Positions 37,001 to 48,405 of a stretch of DNA of 64,000 bases are shown in pieces. Position numbers and translations under genes: made by a program. The stretch's first letter is position 1. Each line of letters opens with the position of its first letter. Source of the DNA: Eledone cirrhosa (lineage: Eukaryota). The notes beneath the pieces are model-generated. The model searched no databases. It saw only the letters and a list, made by a program, of their open reading frames with translations, and was not told where the DNA came from. The stretch covers positions 620,001 through 684,000 of the forward strand of contig OZ024753.1 of assembly GCA_964016885.1 (NCBI GenBank), given 5' to 3'.

Positions 37001-39664
37001 TGTATGTATATGTGTATGTATGTGTGTATGTATGTATGTATGTATATATGAAAAAATATACCATTTGAAAGACAAGAGAATGTACCAATCAAAATCTAAC
37101 AAAGAACATAAATGATAAACCTACAATATTTCAATAGACTTAACATTTATTATATTTAATAGATTGCTTTAATGTATTCTACATATTCATTCAGTGGAGT
37201 CGGGGGTGAATATTCTGCATAGTTATTTGATAGGAGGAGACACATTTGTGGTCAAACTGTCTGGTTTATCAGTGTCATCAACCACAGATGCCCCTGTAAA
37301 CTTCCCTCCTTCTCACTCCTACACACTATATATCTTTCCACCTCAAGCCAACCCCTCACACCCCTCCTCTCATTGGCAAGCTTCGTTGTCCTTCTAGATT
37401 CCTCCGTGATGTCTTAAACCTATCAGTTTTCACTTGATTAATTCAAACTGTAACCCAATGAGGAAAAAAACTATGTGAAAGAGCCACCTAAGTACCTGCA
37501 CTCACCCACATTGTTGTACAAGGTGGAGTGTTGAGGGCAATAAATAGAGACACATCAATGTCTGGGTGCCACCATTATCACGTTCACCATCACCATCACC
37601 ATCACGTGAGCCACCACAACCACCATTATCATAATCATCACCTACCTTCAGTAGCATGTATATCATCATCATTATCACAATCACCATGTTTATCACCACC
37701 ACATTTATCATCATCATCACCATCACAACCACCACAATTATCATATTTATCACCACCACCACCACCACCAACGTCATCATCATGTTTATCACCACCATCA
37801 TCACTTGTATTTATAGAATGTACAAATGTATTTGTTTTCTCGATGGATACTATATCTTTCTTTCATGACATTTGCCTTTATCAGTTTACCCAGCCACGCT
37901 TAATGGAATTTGAGTTGGAGTGCTTTCTTTATCTCACAAAGGTAAAAGAGTCACGCTAATTTCCAAGCAACTTAAACACTTTCATTACCAGATTTCTAAT
38001 GATATACAGTATAATGAAATGAAATTTACAGCTCACACTTATGTAGATTTAGCTAGCCTCCTTTCAGGTTGCAGCTCATAGATTTTACCATTTACATTAC
38101 TCTATATTTACTATTGTATTTTCATGGTAAAGGCTTTACCTCACATAATTATCTCACATGATATTGAATCTATGAGATTTTGATATTTATTTTGAGGACA
38201 ATACCTTAATGTCTGTATGAGTGATCGGTTACAGCTGATTTCAACAGAAAGAGGTGAGAGATTTCTGGCCGGATATGGCCAGTTTAAATGCTAAAGGGTT
38301 AATGATAGGAAGCCCAGTACTATGATAAAAAGCAATATGAAATGAAGTGTTTTGCTCAAAAACACAAAGTGCAACCTGGTCCAGGAATCAACTCCATGAT
38401 TTTATGATCGCGAGTTCAACACCCTAACCACTAAGCCATACATCTTCACTATACACAGTGATATACACTGTATTTCAATTAATTTAGAATTTGAAGGTAT
38501 TCACTAAAATCATTAATTATCTCATTATTGAGATGGTATTTGTAATATAAAAAAAAGGTTTTTATATAGAATTATGCTGGAAGGTTTTAATTTAAATAGG
38601 AAGTTATTCACCCATGACTAGATGACCAAGTGTTTGCCTCCCTGGGAAGGATGTTTTGTAGAAGACTAGCTGACATCCATGCATGCAAGTACTGCCACCA
38701 ATGTTGTCCAGAGAAAAGGCAGATACAGCTTGGCATCAATGTTATTACAGCTCATTTTTCCTGCAGAGTGGACTGGAGTAATATGAAATAAAGTGTCTAA
38801 CTCAAGAACATAATGCATCGCCCAGTTGGAGAATTGAACTCACAACCTTATGATAATGTGTGGATCACTCTAACCACTAAGCCCCACACCTTCACAATTT
38901 AAATATGAAGCCTTAAAAATGGGTGGATTTGTTCCATAGAAATCAGAGCTGAATTTGACCAGATTAGTATGAAATGGCTCAATAGGCACTCAAGTCCTGT
39001 CAGTCAGTGGCATTCACTCTGTTGGATATTTCAGAGAATATCCATAGCATATATTTCGTTAACAACCCAAGAGGAAAATGAGAAAGGTGTTGATATTGTA
39101 TTTTAAAGATGGAAAATGAGAAAGGTGTTGATATTGATCTTCATCTTGAGTAAAAATAAAATATAAACCCAAGTAAAATAAAGTTCTGTCAACAGAAAGA
39201 TGTGAATTTCACCACTGACAACAATTAACTCTCTTGCCTTTAAACCAGCTGTATCTAGCCAAATTCTCTCATCTCTTTCTGCTCAAACTGTCCATAACTT
39301 TCTACTCATACTGATGTTAAGGTATTGTTCTCAAAATAAATAATATCAAAATCTCATAGATTTGATATTATGTGAGATAAAGCCTTTACCATGAAAATAC
39401 AACAGTATATATAGAGTAATCATCATCATCATTTTACGTCCGCTTTTCCTCGCTTGCAAGGGTGGGACTGTAAATGCTTAAATGGTTAAATGTGAACCTC
39501 ACTACTATCAACAAAAAGATGTGAATTTCGCCAGTCAACAGTAAACTAATTCTTACCACTATCAACAGTAAACTGTAATCTTCACTATTGTCAACAAAAA
39601 TGTTAATCTCAGCAGTGTCAATTGATAAATGTGAATATCAACATTGTCAACAGTTAAAATGTCA

Positions 39665-39905
39665 ACCTTAATCTAAAGCTTTTTTCAGATCAATAAACGA
39701 CAAAAAACAAATTCTTCTTTTAGTCTCTGTATTTCTCCTGTAACTACCTCACAATAAAATTTGTATCAGTTCTCAGCACAAATCCAAACAACTTCACTTT
39801 TCTCCTTATCCTCTTCTCTAACATTCTTTCCAGTACCTTCATTCCATGTTCCAATAGCTTAATTACTCTATATGAGCCACAGCATAGAGAATCCCCCTTC
39901 CCTTT
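39665..39905 (-). mobile_element. RTE LINE RT N-terminal fragment
   Basis: KGKGDSLCCGSYRVIKLLEHGMKVLERMLEKRIR..FGF..IVR.LQEKY..FIDLKKA.D. Confidence 0.8.
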
Positions 39906-41413
39906 GTGCATGCTATTATTACACTATATATATATAGGTACACAGCGAATCAAACTTGAAACGATGAAACGCAAGGTTGACTTCAGTGCAGCGGATTATA
40001 TGGGTATAGTGTTCTCTGGGGTCTTACTTTCCTCAGAGAACCACCTTTCCCTTTATACACTATATATAGATACACAGTGCAATATATTGTCATATGGGTA
40101 TAGTGTTCTCTGGGGTCTTACTTTTCCTCAGGTTTCATTCACTTTCAGTGCCCTGAACTTTTTTATACTACTCTCAAATGTATGAGCAAGCTACTGCTGG
40201 GTATCATGGAGGAGAAAATGATAGCCAAGGAGGTCGGTGAATGAGGATGCTGTGGAGAAACCTGTTATGATTTTATACCAAAGCCAAACCTTGTTTTATC
40301 AAGGAAAATCGTATTAAAACACTTGTTGTTGATGTATATGCATCATACAATGTTCTACACTCTTTTGTAACTAATTCACTGAATATTCGGCACCATTTTC
40401 TTATTATGGCAACCATGACTCTCACCTTCACTGCTAATTAAGTCACCTAGGTAACAGAAGCTATCAACTATTTCTAGGAATTTATTTCATCTATGTTCTT
40501 AATGCTAACTACATATCTTGTATTTCTGCCATACATTAGTCTAGCTTCTCTGACAGTCTACTTATGATACAATATATCTTGTGGCTATAGTTTACATTGA
40601 GTATATTTATACGTAACTCCTATCTACACCATTTCTGCATTATATACACATATACATACATTAAAATCTGTAAACATACATATGCATGTAGACACAGGAA
40701 GCTACACACACACACACACAGCTCTCTACAAAAATACATACACCATATACACCTTTCATAGTTCTAGCAAAGACTATATACTACTACAGTGACTACTGAG
40801 AGAGAGAGAGAACCTGTAGGTGACCTACACAGACAGACAGCTGTCAGGTTGGTATGGCAACCGGCTTTATTTAAATACTAGCAGTACAGCAGTACAGTGA
40901 GAGAGAGGAGAGGAGGGGGAGGGGGGGAGAAAGTGAAAGACAGTAGTAATGGTAGAAGGAAGAGAAAGAGAATGAAATGTAGGAGGGGGAGGAGGGGGGG
41001 GGGTAGAGTAAGGAAAGAGTTAAAGAGTGGAAATGAGAGAGAAGGACTAATGAGAGAAAGAAAGGGAGAGATAGAGCGAGAGAGAGAAAGAGGTAATGAA
41101 ACACTGCTTATTATTTTAGTAATATATTTTTTTTAATTATCAAGCTTGTGTTTGGAACAAAAATTTTCTTAAATAAAATTCTAGGCAGTTTGGTATGAAA
41201 AGGGTTACTATATAGTACTATATGGTACTATATAGTACTATATAGTACTACATGGTACTATATGGTACTATATAGCACTATATAGTACTACATGGTACTA
41301 TATAGTAAAATATGGTAACATAGAAGTTGTGAATAATCACAGTGTGGGCTAAGTTGTATATCATCACTACTGGTCTATGTAATATATACAACAGAACTGG
41401 AGGAGTAACTTAC

Positions 41414-41511
41414 ACTGTATTATGTAGGCTGCCAAAAGGTTTGCATCACTTGGGGGACACAGTAAACGGCCATGATGAAGATCTCTTCGGAGTTGCAAGA
41501 ATAAGCAGTAT
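41414..41511 (-). CDS. FRMD5: FRMD3/5-like exon: (R)[32 protein letters not shown](S)
   Basis: 98 nt, tttcgtcag|ATAC...CAGT|gtaagt, phase 2->1, in frame with both neighbours. LQ..RDL.HGRLLC is typical of FRMD3/5. Confidence 0.95.
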
Positions 41512-41559
41512 CTGACGAAATAATAATAATAATGATGATGATAATAATAATAATAATTT

Positions 41560-42540
41560 TTTCTACGTTAGGCACAAGGCCAGCAATTACCCAGTGCATT
41601 ACTGGTACTTTATTTTATCGACCCCGTAAGGATGAAAGGCAAAGTTAACCTCGACAGGATTTGAACTCAGACCATAAAGGGCCGTAACTCTTTGCTGCAA
41701 AGCATGGCGTCCAACCCTCTACCGGTACTGCCAATCCAACATGATATTGATTTCAAGGCCAATAATTTGGGGAGAGGGGAAAGTCGATTAAATCGACCCC
41801 AGTACATTACTGGTGCTTTATTTTATTGATCCCGTAAGGAATGAAAGGCAAAGTTAACCTTGGCAGGATTTGAACTCAGAACGAAAAGGGCTGTAACTCT
41901 ATGCTGTAAAGCATGGCGTCAGACGTTCTACTGATACTGCCAATTCCCCACCCCCAGTGCCAGATTTACCATAATAATAATAATGATTTCCACTATAGGC
42001 ACAGGGCCACCAATTTTGAGAGGAGGAGAAAGTCAATTAAATCAACCCCAGTGTGTGACTGGTACTTTATTTTATTGACCCTGTAAGGATGAAAGGCAAA
42101 GTTAACCTCAGCAGGATTTGAACTCAGAACGAAAAGGGTCGTAACTATGTTTAAAAGCATATTGTCCGACGCTCTAACAATTCTGCCAATCCATTGCCCC
42201 CAGTGCCTGATTTATCATTGTGCTTAGGTGTGCTTGGCCAAAAATTTTTTTTTTTTCTGGGCTAAGTAAAGGGCCTCACAACTTAACTAGCACAGAACCT
42301 CATTTGTCCTAAATCTGGCACTAACCGCCCTATATATATATAGAGAGAGATAATAATTGTTTCTACTTTTGGCACAAGGCCAGCAACTACCCAGTACATT
42401 ACTGGTACTTTATTTTATCGACCCCGTAAGGATGAAAGGCAAAGTTAACCTCGACGGCATTTGAACTCAGACTGTAAAGGGACGTAACTATGCTAGAAAG
42501 CATGGCGTCCAACCCTCTACCGATACTACCAATCCACCGA
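41560..42540 (-). mobile_element. Head-to-tail cluster of four copies of the same SINE filling the intron between two exons
   Basis: Repeated ggcacaaggccagcaatt..tactggtactttattttatcgacccc..gaaaggcaaagttaacc..gatttgaactcag blocks. Confidence 0.9.
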
Positions 42541-42566
42541 TAGATATTAATAACTTGATGTCGTAC

Positions 42567-42645
42567 CTTGTTATTTCTTCATGAAGAGACATGGGATCTT
42601 CTGGGTAAAACTTCACACGGAAGCACAGCACCATTGGATTGACAC
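42567..42645 (-). CDS. FRMD5: FERM-domain protein (FRMD3/FRMD5-like), exon at end of F1 lobe: [26 protein letters not shown](R)
   Basis: 79-nt exon, tttccag|GTGTC...ACAAG|gtacga, phase 1->2. [16 protein letters not shown] is the FERM F1/F2 signature as recalled for FRMD5 ([21 protein letters not shown]). The symbol is a family-level call. Confidence 0.95.
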
Positions 42646-42711
42646 CTGGAAATTTAAGAGATAAGGAACCATAAGATATTTATTTCTATGTACAAACAAC
42701 TGAATACTTAC

Positions 42712-42755
42712 CTAGTTTATCAGCAAAACTAACAACACAACACTTATCGTTAATT
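42712..42755 (-). CDS. Candidate 44-nt exon INDKCCVVSFADKL(G), followed by a 66-nt intron
   Basis: tattacag|AATT...ACTAG|gtaagt (consensus donor). Phase 2->1, in frame with exon 42567-42645. Confidence 0.3.
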
Positions 42756-42819
42756 CTGTAATATTATTTCAATTAGAAAACAAAGTTTTATATTATATTT
42801 CATTTATCTAACATTATTA

Positions 42820-43090
42820 GAGAGAGAGAGAGGGAGAGAGAGAGAGAGAGGGAGAGAGAGAGAGGGAGAGAGAGGGAGAGAGAGGGAGAGAGAGGGAGAG
42901 AGAAAGGGAGAGAGAAAGGGAGAGAGAAAGGGAGAGAGAAAGGGAGAGAGAAAGGGAGAGAGAAAGGGAGAGAGAGGGAGAGAGAAAGGGAGAGAGAAAG
43001 GGAGAGAGAGGGAGAGAGAAAGGGAGAGAGAAAGGGAGAGAGAGGGAGAGAGAAAGGGAGAGAGAGGGAGAGAGAAAGGGAGAGAGAGAT
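42820..43090. repeat. GA-rich polypurine satellite (similar tracts at 28972-29035, 40890-41095 and 49600-49900)
   Basis: Direct inspection. Confidence 0.95.
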
Positions 43091-43176
43091 TCTGCGGTGC
43101 TGAGACCAAGGAGACCACTAGTCATGAGAGTACTCGATGTATGTACATATATATATATATATAAAACCATCAGACG

Positions 43177-43242
<66 letters not shown>

Positions 43243-43282
43243 GTAGTTCCACAACTGCGGATATAACTCACCAGTGTTCTAC

Positions 43283-43330
<48 letters not shown>

Positions 43331-43405
43331 AGATAAATTAACGGAGCCATAGACTCTTGTTATTCCCTGTAAATTATGTCTCAAAGGAAAAGGAATCCTG
43401 AGCTC

Positions 43406-43757
43406 TATAAAATACAATATGTAGAAAGGGTAACACGCTAGAGAGAGAGAGAGAGAGCATGTGCCATCAATAAAACAGGGAAACCACCAGTGTATGGAAT
43501 CTATAATCTATGGAAGGCAGGGTAGACACACAATAATTAAAAATATAAATTAAAATGTATATACGCACCTCTACAACTATATAGTTGTAGAGGTGCGTAT
43601 GCACATTTTAATTTATATTTTTAATTATTGTGTCTACCCTGCCTTCCATAGATTATAGATTCCATACACTGGTGGTTTCCCTGTTTTATTGATGGCACAT
43701 GCTCTCTCTCTCTCTCTCTCTCTAGCGTGTTACCCTTTCTACATATTGTATTTTATA
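43406..43757. repeat. Loopless palindrome with ~175-bp arms
   Basis: Centre ctacaactat|atagttgtag at 43580/43581. Arms differ by a few substitutions and in microsatellite length. Confidence 0.95.
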
Positions 43758-43868
43758 TCTATATATCTATAATAGTAGGATACTAGTGGGTTATATCCGT
43801 AGTAATAGAGCACTCAGTCCATGGGACGAGTTTGGTAGAAGTAGTTCCACAACAGTTAGTTCACCATT

Positions 43869-43911
43869 ACCGAGAACAATTGTTTCACCTTATTCGGATC
43901 ATCAGCTCGGT
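43869..43911 (-). ncRNA. Minimal type-I hammerhead ribozyme motif
   Basis: Minus strand ACCGAG-CTGATGA-TCCGAATAAGGT-GAAAC-AATT-GTT-CTCGGT. 6-bp stem I, short stem II, palindromic stem III. Confidence 0.7.
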
Positions 43912-44074
43912 CTGATGATCCCAATAAGATGAAACAATTGTTCTCGGTAATGGTGAACTAACTGTTGTGGAACTATATATATATACACATGTAACAATAT
44001 TTTAGAAGACTACAGCAATGCAAATAAATCATTAAATGTTAATAATAACAATAACAAATGTGTTGGAATGTTAC

Positions 44075-44134
44075 CTTGGAAATATTTTAATTGCTCTTTG
44101 ATATTTCAGGGTGGGTGGGGGAGAATCCCCTTTT
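44075..44134 (-). CDS. Candidate 60-nt exon, open only in phase 2: KGDSPPPTLKYQRAIKIFP
   Basis: tcttagttctttag|AAAAGG...TCCAAG|gtaaca. Stops in phases 0 and 1. Confidence 0.3.
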
Positions 44135-44699
44135 CTAAAGAACTAAGACATTATTATTATTGTATTACTGTAGGCTGGTTAATTTGAGGAGGAGAGGGAG
44201 TGCCTTTCCCCAGGGTGCCCTTGAAATGTCAGGTGGTTCAGGATTGGTGAGGTACCTTAGCTTGTTCGCCCCCACCCCTCCCCTGTTGGGGGATTTATTT
44301 TGTTATATTTTTATATATTTTAATTTTTGTTTGTTTTTGTTATTGTGTATTTTTACTAGATTTTATTGTAACCCCCCCCCCCACTCTCCCTGTCTTTGTA
44401 TTGTCCCCTATATGTCAGCCCTTGTGTCTAATAAATGAAACCATTATTATTATTATCATTATTAAAATAAAGTACCAGAAATGCACTGGGGTAATTGCTG
44501 GCCTTGTGCCTATACTAGAAATTATTATTATTATAATAAATAAAGAAATCATTATTATTATATAAACTACACTTTAATTTATAGAATATTAATGTTAAAT
44601 ATATTATTATTTTTACTATTATCTGACTGAGAACTGGTTTTGACTGTGGCCATCCTATCCAACCTATGAAAGAATGGAAACACAACCAGCTCCTTAACC

Positions 44700-45190
44700 T
44701 TTTAACATTTGCATTACTCTATATATACTATTGTATTCTCAGTAAAGGCTTTACCTCACATAATATCTCACATAATATTTACATTACTCTATATATACTA
44801 TTGTATTCTCAGTAAAGGCTTTACCTCACATAATATCTCACATAATATTTACATTACTCTATATATACTATTGTATTTTCACAGTAAAGACTTTACCTCA
44901 CATAATATCTCACATAATATTTACATTACTCTATATTTACTATTGTATTCTCAGTAAAGGCTTTACCTCACATAATATCTCACATAACATTTGCATTACT
45001 CTATATATACTATTGTATTCTCAGTAAAGGCTTTACCTCACATAATATCTCACATAACATTTGCATTACTCTATATATACTATTGTATTCTCAGTAAAGG
45101 CTTTACCTCACATAATATCTCACATAACATTTGCATTACTCTATATATACTATTGTATTCTCAGTAAAGGCTTTATCTCACATAATATCA
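44700..45190. repeat. Seven 70-bp tandem copies of one end of the TTAA MITE
   Basis: cattactct starts at 44712, 44782, 44852, 44924, 44994, 45064 and 45134. Confidence 0.92.
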
Positions 45191-46139
45191 AATCTTTGAG
45201 ATTTTGATATTAAACGATAATTGAGATGAAACTGAGCCGTAAGTAATACTATAAGATAAATCTAGCCTTATGGATTCTACCAACACATCCACCACTTCTA
45301 ACCCCCAGCACTAGATTTCACATAATAATAATTGTTTCTATTTTAGGCACAGGGCCAGCAATTTTGGGGGAGGGGAAAGTCGATCAAATCGACCAGTGCA
45401 TTACTGGTACTTTATTTTATCGATCCTGTAAGGATGAAAGGCAAAGCTAACCTCAGCAAGATTTGAACTCAGACAGTAAAGGGCCGTAACTATGCTACAA
45501 AGCATAGTGTCTGACGTTGCCAATCCACCACCCCACATAATTGTTTCTACTTTTGGCACAAGGCCAGCAATTACTCCAGTGCATTACTGGTACTTTATTT
45601 TATCAAAGGATGAAAGGCAAAGCTAACCTCAGCGGGATTTGAACTCAGACCGTAAAGGGGCGTAACTATGCTGCAAAGCATGGTCTCCAATGCTCTACCA
45701 ATACTGCCAATCCCCCGCCCGTGGGTAATAATAATAATAGGGCAATGGCAATAGTAGACAATGCCGATGACAGTGGTAATGAACACATAATAACACTGTA
45801 GTTTAAGCACACATGATGATGATGATGATGATGGCAATGTTTTTTGATAGCGATACACACAAAATGACGCAACCTCTTCAAACAAAAGTAGTTAATAATT
45901 AGTCACCATTAATGAAGTGGCTAGCACTACTTAGTTAATGAAGCAGATGGAAGAAGAACAAAACAAACTTAACATGAAATAATTACAGAGAAAAAGAACA
46001 TGACGATGATGATAATGGTTTCTGATTTAGGCAGAAGGCCAACAATTTTAGGGGAGGGAAAGTTGATTAAATCGAACCCAGTTTGTTACTGGTGCTTATT
46101 TTATGAACCCCATAAGGATGAAAGGCAAAGCTAACCTAG

Positions 46140-47040
46140 GTTGGCAGGAGTAAGAAAGATAAAGGTCTTAAACAGTGATGAAGCAAAGGAAAGGGGGGAG
46201 AATTTAAACAAGACAGACAGAAAGACACATTGAATAGATGGAAGAAAAAAAAAAAATGTCTGGTCAATTCTTATATGAAATAATTGAGACAGTTGACAAA
46301 GATAAAAACTGGGAATGGACTAGGAAAAGTGACTTAAGAGTTGAAACTGAGGCCCTTATTTTTGCAGCACAGGAACAGGTACTAAGAACGAACTATATAA
46401 AGTTCAATACAGATAAGTCAGTGAATTCCCCACTTTGTAGGCTGTAAGATGCTTGCTCAGAAAGAGTACAAGAGAAGGTACGACAACATTGCCAGATTGG
46501 TTCATTGGAAGCTCTGTCATAAGTATGACATGAGCAGAAGTGAGAAATGGTAGGAATAGCAACTGGAACGGGTGTCTGAAAATGAACAGTATAAGATCTT
46601 GTGAGACCTGACCATCCAGTGCAACCATTTTATCAAGGGTAGAAAGCCTGACATTGTTGTCGTAGAAAAGAAGAACAAGGCATGTATTGTGGATATTGCT
46701 TCATCATGGGACCATAGGGTGAATGAAAAGGAAAGTGAGAAATACCAGGAGTTGAAGAGAGAAATCAGGAAACTGGAGAGTCAGACACATAGAAGTGGTA
46801 CCAATTGTGATTGGCTCACTGGGAGCAGTTAGTAAAAGGTTAGATGCATGGCTTGAGAAGCTAGGAATTACCATCAGGAGAGGATTGTTGCAGAAAACAG
46901 ACTTGCCTGAAACAGCAAGATTTCTAAGAAAGGTGTTGGAAAGTTGAAGAAAAAAGAATGACCCAAAGGACCTTTAGCCATCAGCTATGGCTTGCTCTTT
47001 TGGTATAATGTCAGGATAAAAATGTTACAAATAATAATAA
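46140..47040 (+). mobile_element. 5'-truncated R4/Dong-clade retrotransposon (zinc-knuckle remnant plus restriction-like endonuclease)
   Basis: ETEALIFAAQEQVLRTNY..CRL..YKRRYDNIARLVHWKLC..KPDIVV..VDIA..KYQELKREI..VVPIVIGSLG..LQKT..LRKVL. Ends in (TAA)n and truncates a SINE at its 5' junction. Confidence 0.88.
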
Positions 47041-47231
47041 TCACTGTACACATATTACGAAAAGTACTTTCAGTACAACAGAGACTATACTGAATATACC
47101 CAAGATACATAAGGCTGATCTTGATAATACAGTGACAGCAATAAAAATATGAGTAATATATATTAGTCATATATATACATACATATATATATATATAGAT
47201 ACATGCATATATATATATATATAGATATATA

Positions 47232-47755
47232 TACTTAGCTTTTGTTGACTTGGAGAAAGCCTTTGACAGAGTACCCCGCTCGATTATCTGGTGGGCCCTT
47301 AGAAAACTAGGTGTTGATGAATGGCTTGTGAGAGCTATACAAGCCATGTATAAAGAAACAGTCAGCAAGGTTAGAATTAACAACGAATATAGTGAAGAGT
47401 TTAGCGTAAAAGTTGGTGTTCATCAGGGCTCCGTCCTTAGCCCCCTACTATTTATTATTGCCCTTCAGGCTATAACAGAGGAGTTCAAGACCGGCTGCCC
47501 ATGGGAACTCCTATATGCAGATGATCTAACGCTCATAGCTGAATCAATGGCTGAACTAGGGAAGAAATTCCAAACATGGAAGCATGGCCTAGAATCAAAA
47601 GGCCTTAAAGTTAACTTGTCTAAGACTAAAGTTCTAGTTTGTTGGAAGGAAAATAGGGCACCGGTCCCATCTGGGAAATGGCCATGCTCAGTGTGTAGGA
47701 AAGGAGTAGGTAAAAACTCCATTTTATGTCCCAAATGCAAAGTATGGGTACACAA
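47232..47755 (+). mobile_element. RTE-clade LINE reverse transcriptase fragment with Cys-rich insert
   Basis: [58 protein letters not shown]. Uninterrupted, flanked by TA-rich repeats. Confidence 0.93.
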
Positions 47756-48379
47756 TATATATACACAAATACATATATATATACACAAATACATATATAC
47801 ACAAATACATGTATATATATACAAATACATATATACACAAATACATGTATATATACACAAATACATGTATATATACACAAATACATGTATATATACACAA
47901 ATACATGCATACATACTTACTTACATGCATATATATGTATATATATATGTATATATATACATATATGACTAATATATATTAGTCACATATATATATATAT
48001 ATAATAGTAGTAGTAGTAACAATAATAAGGAGGAGTTGGGGGGGGGGGGTGATTAAAAAGTTATGCAGCTGCAGAATATGCAAAGTATGAACCTCCTACA
48101 GAATCTTCCTCACCTAGAAATGAAGTAGACATATATATATTGGCCAGGCCACCTAAAGCTAGAGGAATTTAGGGCAACACCCAGTCTACTGTCCATGCCT
48201 TAACTATAAACATACATTTCAGCACTTCCTATCCTCCACAACCATCTCTCACACCCAGGCATGCCCACACAGCAGATATCTGGATTTCTATTCTATTCTT
48301 AACCATTAAAAAAAACAGCCTCTGTTTTTTTTCTTAAATAATTATCTCTCTACAACAAAAGATTGTATCAAAGACTCAC

Positions 48380-48405
48380 TGAACACAAAATGCTTCAAAC
48401 GCAAA
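48380..48405 (-). CDS. Candidate 26-nt exon TTTGCGTTTGAAGCATTTTGTGTTCA
   Basis: ttttttctgtgtgtctgtag|...|gtgagt. Strong sites, reading frame uncertain. Confidence 0.45.

Noticed and set aside
44075-44105. NIKEQLKYFQG resembles the missing conserved ..KQL.. exon
   Set aside because: An in-frame TGA lies immediately upstream and there is no HWL motif or suitable acceptor. Kept only as a phase-2 candidate exon.
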